Assembly (NCBI GenBank): GCA_963847605.1
Contig: CAWKAM010000043.1
Coordinates: forward strand, 7,636-71,635
Length of the DNA: 64,000 bases
Direction of reading: 5' to 3'
Source: an uncultured delta proteobacterium
GTDB taxonomy: Bacteria; Desulfobacterota; Desulfomonilia; UBA1062
Notes under the pieces: generated by a model
Told to the model about the DNA's origin: nothing
What the model saw: the letters and a program-made list of their open reading frames with translations, nothing else
Databases searched by the model: none
Shown here: positions 57,316 through 64,000 of the stretch, in pieces
Position numbering within the stretch: the stretch's first letter is position 1
Layout: each line of letters opens with the position of its first letter
Made by a program: the position numbers and the translations under genes

Positions 57316-59167
57316 GATCAACGTATAGGGATACGACCTCCGGATCAAGGGTTTTGCCGGACATGGCACACAGCTCTTTGAGCGCATCCTCATGCCGCAT
57401 TTGTGCTCGGTAGAGCCTTGGGGTAGTCATTGCATTGTATGTATCCACCACCCTCATAGCCCGGGCAGACAGTGGAATATCCTCACCTTTGAGTCCTCGC
57501 GGGTAACCACTGCCGTTGAAATTCTCATGGTGATATATCAGCAGGTCCTCATCAAGGTCGAGTACAGTCACATCCTTGAGGATACGAGCGGTGATGATGG
57601 GGTGATTGTTAAGTCTTTTCTTATCAAAGGGGGTAAGATCGCCCTTGGTGAACAGCGTTGTGGGTATGCCAAGGTATCCGATATTGGCTGCCAGAGAAGA
57701 ATTGGCCCACTGGCCTGCAAGCATGTCTCCGACACCCATTTCCTTGGCAAGTGTATATATCTGATCAGAGACCTTCAAAGAATATCCCATAGGATATCCT
57801 GCGCGTAGATCGCTCATAATGGATGCCGTGTTCAGGATGCCCATATACCAGTTCTGGATATCCGTATCAAAACCCGAGGCAACAGCCCAGGCAGGAGCAA
57901 GAAAAGTGGTGATCCAGTCAAATAGGTCCTGCGGCAACCCTTCCTGGTGGAGGTATCCAAGGTCATGGCCTTCCCAGGTAACCGGCACACCTTGTGTATC
58001 GTATCGGATGGACACCTCATCTGCCTGGCACTGGATCTTGAGAAGGCTCAGTAAATCATTAAGAGATTTCAAGGACGGCCCTGACTGGAGGCGTTTCTTC
58101 ATGGGAAGCTCCAGCGAAATATTGACCTGCCTCATGGCCCCGGTCTGGGCAAAGGTGGCCACGTGAATCCCCTTCTTCTTTGCATGGGAAAGTGCCTGGT
58201 GTGCGACATTAATGACCCCTTTTGCATCCTGGGCATCATCGGGCAACGTCGCCACCCCAATGGTCATAGTGTCTGCAAGATCCGCCCCAAGGCTTAAGGT
58301 GGCCTTGTGCAGGGCGGTGACGGCATCCCGTGAAGAGCAGCCGGACAGGATCACAAAGAAGCTGAGTTCTTCATACCGCAATACCTTATCGTAGCAACGC
58401 AAACCTTCCTGAATCCTCCTGGCCAGCGTTCTAAGCGTCCTCACTCCTTCGGGAATATATCTATACAGACCGAACTTATCCTTGTCATCTATCTCGATGA
58501 TTGCAACACTCAACGGGAAACAGAGCCTCCTGGAAAGCTCCTCGTACTGGTGAAGGACATCAAGGAGGATGTGCCGCTGCGGGATATCGATACGGACATC
58601 CAACACATCATCAAAATCCTTATCAGGAGTCAGGACGCTCTTAAGAACCTTCTCCGAGCTCAGCAGGAGTTGCTTGGTCAGGATGAGGTCGTTGATATTG
58701 AATGGATTTGCCCCTTTTCTAAAAAGCTCCAGGCACCCAATGACCTTTGTATCCCTATAGATGGGGAGCCCGATCATGGATGTGCAACAGATAGGTATCT
58801 CTTCAGAATCGATACCGGTCTGGATCATATCGGGGATAAGAATTGGTTTGGCCATCTCCTTGATGGCATGGGTGAAGATGTCGCCCTTATCAATTTTATT
58901 GGGGATCTCACCCTGTAGGCCCCTGCAGAACCAGGTATCCTGGGGTTCCCAGATATATGCAAGGGCTACATCATAGGGTGTGATGTGGTTGATGAAATTG
59001 AGGATAAGGTCAGATAGCTTCTCAAGCTGATCATTCCTGACTTCCCAATCGGATAAAAGGGAAACCTGAAAAAGCATCGGGATGATGTTTGCATTGTTTT
59101 TTATGAATTCCGGGGAGAGTTCAAGTGTTTGCTCAACAATATATTCATTTAATCGCTCAGGCCACAT
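57302..59167 (-). CDS. GAF / degenerate-GGDEF / HD-GYP domain protein (putative c-di-GMP phosphodiesterase)
   Basis: The HD-GYP core is HHENFNGSGYPRGL. The central domain has GGDEF topology but carries RYEELSF in place of RxGGDEF. The N-terminal part is GAF-like. Confidence 0.85.
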   Translation of the reverse strand: MWPERLNEYIVEQTLELSPEFIKNNANIIPMLFQVSLLSDWEVRNDQLEKLSDLILNFINHITPYDVALAYIWEPQDTWFCRGLQGEIPNKIDKGDIFTHAIKEMAKPILIPDMIQTGIDSEEIPICCTSMIGLPIYRDTKVIGCLELFRKGANPFNINDLILTKQLLLSSEKVLKSVLTPDKDFDDVLDVRIDIPQRHILLDVLHQYEELSRRLCFPLSVAIIEIDDKDKFGLYRYIPEGVRTLRTLARRIQEGLRCYDKVLRYEELSFFVILSGCSSRDAVTALHKATLSLGADLADTMTIGVATLPDDAQDAKGVINVAHQALSHAKKKGIHVATFAQTGAMRQVNISLELPMKKRLQSGPSLKSLNDLLSLLKIQCQADEVSIRYDTQGVPVTWEGHDLGYLHQEGLPQDLFDWITTFLAPAWAVASGFDTDIQNWYMGILNTASIMSDLRAGYPMGYSLKVSDQIYTLAKEMGVGDMLAGQWANSSLAANIGYLGIPTTLFTKGDLTPFDKKRLNNHPIITARILKDVTVLDLDEDLLIYHHENFNGSGYPRGLKGEDIPLSARAMRVVDTYNAMTTPRLYRAQMRHEDALKELCAMSGKTLDPEVVSLYVDLIGS

Positions 59168-59578
59168 AACAGTTCCCGTTCTCTCCCCACAGTTTAGAAA
59201 TTGAAATAGATATACGCAGGGGTTTTACATCCGATGGTGCTGAGAATACCAATAGGATTCGAATTCTCGACAGGCCTTCTTCAGGTCACGCAAGGTCCTG
59301 ATGCCTAACCTACCAAGCTGTTCGAGAATTTCTCTCCTTGTAAGCCACATTATGAAAACCCCCGTGCATTTCCATACATTCTCAATAATAAGTGCAAACA
59401 TGGTGCCACAGGACGTTTGTGACATAACGTATTGTTATTTTATATAAAAAGTTACTACCACCTTTTGGAGTATTGATTCACTAATAGAAATTTTCTTACT
59501 CTTTTTAAGAAATAAATTTCATACCTTATTCAGTTTTACTGCAATATGGATAATGTTACCCTTGATTCGACAGACTGA

Positions 59579-61120
59579 TCAAGACGGGCGATGCTTTACG
59601 GGAAATCCTCTCATTCCCATAATCCACAGGAGCCCGAAATACAGCGCACCGCCAACCACCACACAGAGAAGCAGCACAGCGCCGCTTTTTATTGTCAACC
59701 CCGGTCTCCACAGATACCTGTGGGCTAAAGGTATCAGCGTAATACCCATAATTGCTGCGGCGGCAATCATCTTTCCATACTGCCTTAGGTACTCTTTGGG
59801 AATGTGGATTCCCGCCTTTTTCAGATACTTATGTTGAACAACGAGTTGAGCGAACACCGAGATACTGCTTGCAAGGGCGATCCCTGCATGCTTCAAGAAC
59901 GGCATGAGGATAAGACAGAACACAATATTCACAACGAGACTCAGCCATGAAATGTTTACTACGACCTTGGCCTTCTGCATGGCATAGAGTGCCTGGGTCT
60001 GTATGCGCGTATACCCCACTGCCCAGAGGCTTAATCCATACATCTGTAATGCATAGGCCGATGCCAGTGCATCATTGAACGTAAAGGCCCCGCGCATGAA
60101 GAGTATCGTAAAGATGGGCCTGGCCAATACACATGCGCCTATAGTCGCCGGGATTGTGAAGAGCAGCACTGCCAAAAGACCCCTGCCCATGAGAAAAGAG
60201 AATTGTTCCGTGTCCATCCGTGCAGAAGCGGAGCTCATGGCAGGCAGCATCACATTGCCCACGGCAAAGGCGAATATCCCTAAAGGGAGCTCGAGTAATC
60301 TATTGGCATAATAGAGATAAGAAACACTACCTTCGGAGAGCAGTGAGGCAAAGAGTGTCCCTATAAGCACATTGATCTGGTAGATGGAGGCCCCGATGGC
60401 GGCTACACCTAAAAGGCGGAACACCTGCTTTACCCGCGAGGAATGGAAGGTGGTAGTGAAACGCAAGGGAATTCCTCGCTTCAACAAAGGGGGCATCTGG
60501 ATGATGATCTGAGCGATCCCTCCTATGATCACCCCCCACGCAAAGGCATCCGCAGGCGAAGAGAATACGTGGAAGACCACAAAACAGAGCAGCGGCACAG
60601 AGATCATGAAGAGGTTCATGAGGATCGGGGCAGCGGCAGGCGCTGCAAAGTGGCCTATGGAGTTGAGTATCCCCATAAAGAGTACGGCAACACCGATAAG
60701 GAGTATGTACGGGAACATGATGCGGGTAAGGTGAACCGTAATGCCGAAAACACTACTGTGGAGAAATCCAGGAGCCATGAGGGCCACCAAGGCAGGTGCT
60801 ATGATCTCGCCGAGGATCACTACCACCACCAGGCCGTAGAACATCAATGTCATGATCTCCTGGGCCATGCGGTAGGCACTATCTATCCCCTCACGCTCCT
60901 TGACCTCGCTGAATACAGGGACAAATGCAACACTGACCGCCCCTTCGGCCATGAATCTCCGCAAGAGATTGGGGATCCTGTTTGCAACGACAAAGGCATC
61001 GGCAAGAGGCCCTGCCCCGAGAAGCCAGGCCATCACCATGTCACGGATAAAACCTAGGATACGGCTTATAGCAGTGAGCCCACCGACCGTAGCAACGTTC
61101 TTCCTGAAGCCGTCCTTCAT
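59579..61120 (-). CDS. murJ: lipid II flippase MurJ
   Basis: The N-terminus is TVGGLTAISRILGFIRDMVMAWLLGAG...DAFVVANRIPNLLRRFMAEGA. The protein has about 14 TM segments and is 513 aa long. Confidence 0.95.
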   Translation of the reverse strand: MKDGFRKNVATVGGLTAISRILGFIRDMVMAWLLGAGPLADAFVVANRIPNLLRRFMAEGAVSVAFVPVFSEVKEREGIDSAYRMAQEIMTLMFYGLVVVVILGEIIAPALVALMAPGFLHSSVFGITVHLTRIMFPYILLIGVAVLFMGILNSIGHFAAPAAAPILMNLFMISVPLLCFVVFHVFSSPADAFAWGVIIGGIAQIIIQMPPLLKRGIPLRFTTTFHSSRVKQVFRLLGVAAIGASIYQINVLIGTLFASLLSEGSVSYLYYANRLLELPLGIFAFAVGNVMLPAMSSASARMDTEQFSFLMGRGLLAVLLFTIPATIGACVLARPIFTILFMRGAFTFNDALASAYALQMYGLSLWAVGYTRIQTQALYAMQKAKVVVNISWLSLVVNIVFCLILMPFLKHAGIALASSISVFAQLVVQHKYLKKAGIHIPKEYLRQYGKMIAAAAIMGITLIPLAHRYLWRPGLTIKSGAVLLLCVVVGGALYFGLLWIMGMRGFPVKHRPS

Positions 61121-61153
61121 GTCGGTGGGCTCTTAAGATTGTAAAGAGGCGTA

Positions 61154-61639
61154 TTAATTCCCCACGACCTTTGCCCTGATACGGGCATCCTTGGTCTTGA
61201 TATTCTCCTGATCGGTCTCCACATGGACCAAACCGAAAAAGAATTTATCAATCTGGGTTGGCTGATATCGCAATTCAACCGAAATGGACTTGCCGGCGTC
61301 CAGCTTCACCTTGCCCTGCTGGGAAACGGAAAGCACGTTTGAGGGATTTGCGGATATACTGGTAATAGTGATGGTCTCTTTACCCTTGTTCGTAATAGTG
61401 ATCATCTTCTTATTTATTGAACCCACCTTTACCGGCCCGAGATCGATCTCCATAGGCACGATGGAGAGGACCTCCACGATCTTAGCCTTCATGGTCAACT
61501 TCAGAACCGGCATGGCCGGATCATTGGTCTCGACCTCGATATTCTTTGTATAATCACCTCTCATATTTCTGGCGGAAATACTTACAACAAGCTTCTGCGT
61601 CTTGCCCGGCTCAATTTCCTGCCCTCCCGGGGCAGTCAC
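61154..61639 (-). CDS. DUF1573-type protein, part downstream of the in-frame TGA (same frame as 61649..61891)
   Basis: It contains the distal half of the first DUF1573 domain (IEPGKTQKLVVSIS...IEVETND) and a second DUF1573/PapD-like domain. The GTG start in the track is probably not a true start. Confidence 0.6.
   Translation of the reverse strand: MTAPGGQEIEPGKTQKLVVSISARNMRGDYTKNIEVETNDPAMPVLKLTMKAKIVEVLSIVPMEIDLGPVKVGSINKKMITITNKGKETITITSISANPSNVLSVSQQGKVKLDAGKSISVELRYQPTQIDKFFFGLVHVETDQENIKTKDARIRAKVVGN
61619..61635 (-). promoter_or_regulatory. hairpin 13 nt downstream of the in-frame UGA (candidate bacterial SECIS-like element)
   Basis: On the minus strand, CUGCCC (61635..61630) pairs with GGGCAG (61624..61619) around a CGGGA loop, giving 6 consecutive Watson-Crick pairs of which 5 are G-C. 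Confidence 0.3.
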
Positions 61640-61648
61640 TGTTACCCC

Positions 61649-61891
61649 TCAACAGGGCTTGGGTTTGAATGTAAGCTTCTGGTCGCCGACATTCTTGAAT
61701 ATGAACTCGTGTGATAAATCCTTACCCTCGGGGATTGATCCCGCATCGTAGACAGTCTGATCCACCTGGATCTTCGCTGCAGCATGGCATGAGATCTCAG
61801 CGATGAGGGAAAGGGTAAGACAAGCTACGAACAAGATCGCAAACTTTAAGAATTTACCCATAGAATCACCTCCGTTTTTTATGGCTAACAC
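61649..61891 (-). CDS. DUF1573-type protein, signal peptide and proximal half of the first domain, ending at the in-frame TGA
   Basis: The signal peptide is MGKFLKFAILFVACLTLSLIA. The DUF1573 beginning is YDAGSIPEGKDLSHEFIFKNVGDQKL, and the ORF ends ...KPKPC-TGA. Confidence 0.6.
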   Translation of the reverse strand: MLAIKNGGDSMGKFLKFAILFVACLTLSLIAEISCHAAAKIQVDQTVYDAGSIPEGKDLSHEFIFKNVGDQKLTFKPKPC

Positions 61892-61975
61892 AAAACCTAC
61901 ACGTTTTCCATAGGGTTTTGGAGACCATCTTGGGTTCGTGTTGACTTTTCATACTCGTAAGAATACATCTAAGCC

Positions 61976-63115
61976 ATGCGCGGAAAACTGGAACACCCGA
62001 GAGGACTCATCGAGCTCATCTCTGTAGAAGTGGAGCGGATTGACAACGAGTACCGTGAATTGTGGCTGAGTTTCGAATATACATGCCCCGGCGGTGAGTA
62101 TAAATCCGCCATGGTGCTGCCCATCAGCAACTCCAAAGAGATGGCGAACTTCTTTTTCAAAGAGCTTATCAGCGAGGCCAAGCACCTCTCCGAGATTGAG
62201 AAGAACGAGACCCTGAACGTCGGCCTCTATGTGGCCAACAAGACAGACACCATGCTGCCCATAAAGAACCTGTGCCAGCGGGTCATCGATGTACTCAATA
62301 CCGAAGAAGATCTCCATGAAAACCGCGAATTCATAGACCTGTGCACATCGGGGTTCCATTTCAAGGAAGGCTCAAACAGTCTCAGCGCCAAGGGCTTTGA
62401 GGAGCGTTTCAAGATATTCATGGGCCGCGCCACGGAAAAGATGTCGCAAGGCTACTATACCATAGCCGCAGACGACCTGGAAAAGGCGAACATCCTGTGC
62501 GCAACCAGTCCATTCATATCAAAGCTCATCGGCATATGCCACCGTGAACTCGGGCATCTCGATCTTGCACTGGATATGTTCAACCGTGCCATGGAGCTCG
62601 GCGACAAAGAAAAGGATACCTATCTCTATCTCTCTGAGATCCATTTCTTCTTAAATGACATGGAACATGCTTACGATATCCTTGAAAAGATGCTCGAAGA
62701 ACATCCTGATGATATAAGGGCCCTGGTGGAGATCGCCAATATCAAGTACCAGATGGATAAGGAGTTTGTTACGTATCTGGACAAGGCCTATGCCATTGAT
62801 GCTGAGCAGACCCAAAAGACGATTCTCCAGACCTTTATGTTCAAGAAGGTCGGCGGAGGCAAGAAGATCCGCATATCCATCGAGGAGGCATCAAAGCTCC
62901 TGGGCATTCCGGAGCAGAGCATCAGGCAACTCGCCCTCAGTAACCGGATACCCGTGAGGGCATTCCCGGATAACGATGAGATGGTGCTGGACGAGAACGA
63001 GCTCACATCATGGGCATACGTTTACAGGAGATACAAGCTTCTTCAGGATGAAATCGAGAGAGTTCACACTCACCCAGGAGGGGATAAAAATCAAGGCATG
63101 GCTCTACTTTCCTGA
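61976..63115 (+). CDS. TPR protein with a C-terminal excisionase/MerR-type helix-turn-helix
   Basis: TPR units are present (ALDMFNRAMELGDKEKDTYLYLSEIHF; AYDILEKMLEEHPDD). The C-terminal ISIEEASKLLGIPEQSIRQLALSNRIPVR resembles an HTH_17-type DNA-binding motif. Confidence 0.6.
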   Translation: MRGKLEHPRGLIELISVEVERIDNEYRELWLSFEYTCPGGEYKSAMVLPISNSKEMANFFFKELISEAKHLSEIEKNETLNVGLYVANKTDTMLPIKNLCQRVIDVLNTEEDLHENREFIDLCTSGFHFKEGSNSLSAKGFEERFKIFMGRATEKMSQGYYTIAADDLEKANILCATSPFISKLIGICHRELGHLDLALDMFNRAMELGDKEKDTYLYLSEIHFFLNDMEHAYDILEKMLEEHPDDIRALVEIANIKYQMDKEFVTYLDKAYAIDAEQTQKTILQTFMFKKVGGGKKIRISIEEASKLLGIPEQSIRQLALSNRIPVRAFPDNDEMVLDENELTSWAYVYRRYKLLQDEIERVHTHPGGDKNQGMALLS

Positions 63116-63806
63116 GCCGGCGCCGAAAGGCCTGCTTCCAGTATTAATCTTCTGCCACGGGATACCAGGCTCAAACCCAGACCCCAATGACAGGGGGTAT
63201 ATCCCCCTTTTCGAGGAATTCACAAGCAGAGGGTTTGCATGTGCCACCTTCAACTTCAGGGGATGCGGCCTCTCTGACGGCAACATCGACATGAAAGGCT
63301 GGGAAAGCGACCTGGCCTCTGTAGTCGATAAGGTATTCGACAGTCCCGGCATTGACCCGAAGTCCATCCACTGCATCGGGTTTTCTGCAGGCGGGGCAAT
63401 AGCCTGCAAAATCGCTGCATATAAGAAGGAGATCTCGAGCCTACTTTTAATGGCCACCCCTCAGACGTTCGCCGATATCCTCCCAAAGGACCCCTTTCTC
63501 CTCAAGGCGCACTTCCTCAGCATCGGGATCATACGGGACAGCTCGTATCCGAGTGATCTCGCCAAGTGGTACAACAATTTCCTTGAGATAAAACCCGCCC
63601 ATTGGCTGCCTTTTATCTATCCCCGTCCCGTGGGCATCGTACATGGAGATTGCGACGAGACCGTCCCCGTAGGGCATGCAAAGATTCTTTATGATGCGGC
63701 ATGGCAGCCCAAGAAACTGACCATATTGGAAGGCGCAAACCATCAGCTAAGAAAAGACCCCCGGATAATCCAGGTCATCCAAGGCTGGTTGAAGGAGGTC
63801 CTGTAG
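63048..63806 (+). CDS. alpha/beta hydrolase
   Basis: The protein carries VLIFCHGIPGS, the nucleophile elbow GFSAGG and, near the C-terminus, HGDCDETVP / GANH. ATG at 63048 was chosen; the track start at 62976 lies deeper in the upstream gene. Confidence 0.8.
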   Translation: MKSREFTLTQEGIKIKAWLYFPEPAPKGLLPVLIFCHGIPGSNPDPNDRGYIPLFEEFTSRGFACATFNFRGCGLSDGNIDMKGWESDLASVVDKVFDSPGIDPKSIHCIGFSAGGAIACKIAAYKKEISSLLLMATPQTFADILPKDPFLLKAHFLSIGIIRDSSYPSDLAKWYNNFLEIKPAHWLPFIYPRPVGIVHGDCDETVPVGHAKILYDAAWQPKKLTILEGANHQLRKDPRIIQVIQGWLKEVL

Positions 63807-63812
63807 AAGCAC

Positions 63813-64000
63813 ATGGACAACCCTGAAAACATCTATCTCCCCATCTTTGTGGACTTGACAGGCAAGCCCGTAGTGGTGGTGGGAGGCGGTTTGGTGGCTG
63901 CCCGGAAGGTGGAATCGCTGGTGAAGGCAGGGGCGATAGTAAAGGTCATCGCACCTGTGGTGGTCGACGAGATAGTTCAGTATCCGGATGTCCGGATAGA
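63813..64000 (+). CDS. 5' end of a precorrin-2 dehydrogenase / sirohydrochlorin ferrochelatase (SirC/CysG N-domain-like) gene, partial
   Basis: My own translation from the ATG at 63813 is [48 protein letters not shown], a typical siroheme synthase N-terminal Rossmann fold. The gene runs off the window. Confidence 0.7.
   Translation, partial: MDNPENIYLPIFVDLTGKPVVVVGGGLVAARKVESLVKAGAIVKVIAPVVVDEIVQYPDVRI

Noticed and set aside
61649-61651. I considered an alternative genetic code (TGA read as Trp or Gly) as the explanation for the in-frame TGA.
   Set aside because: TGA terminates well-defined conserved genes in this same window at their expected ends (for example rpmH at 23737..23739 and the SixA-like fragment at 173..175). 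Genome-wide reassignment is therefore not supported.

Overview
This is a 64-kb chromosomal window that is densely coding on both strands and consists mostly of conserved housekeeping genes of a Gram-negative bacterium. The gene content (RpoH, leuS-lptE-holA, an MglA-type GTPase, a sigma-54 activator, an MSHA-like pilus cluster) suggests a deltaproteobacterium-like lineage, but this is inference only. Landmarks are the rpmH-rnpA-yidD-yidC-jag-mnmE-rsmG block (23.6-28.5 kb), rpoH-hsp20, an MltD-like transglycosylase, PBP1A, leuS-lptE-holA, rpsT, coaE, coaBC, proC, recJ and murJ. Four regions look less ordinary. (1) An 11-kb MSHA-like type IV pilus / T2SS-like cluster lies at 7.4-18.6 kb. It encodes three prepilin-like proteins, a PilY1-like VWA/beta-propeller protein, a GspE/MshE ATPase with tandem MshEN-type motifs, a PilC/GspF platform protein, PilMN/O/P-like proteins and a lipoprotein secretin. 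(2) A tightly packed four-gene module lies at 44.4-48.9 kb: TPR protein, MglA-like GTPase with a long Pro-rich C-terminal extension, polytopic TPR/zinc-ribbon membrane protein, and PATAN (DUF4388) protein. No MglB gene is nearby. (3) Signalling genes are present (a PAS hybrid kinase, an NtrC-type activator, and a GAF / degenerate-GGDEF / HD-GYP protein). (4) A two-domain DUF1573 protein is interrupted by an in-frame TGA that falls on the conserved Cys column and is followed by a GC-rich hairpin, making it a candidate selenoprotein. Three conserved genes (mnmE, the mltD-like gene, and a LysM-like gene downstream of PBP1A) are split by single-base frame changes. Two of these (the mltD-like gene and the LysM-like gene) lie in C/G homopolymer runs. 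This could reflect assembly error, decay or slippage. I recognised no rRNA, tRNA, CRISPR array, transposase or integrase.
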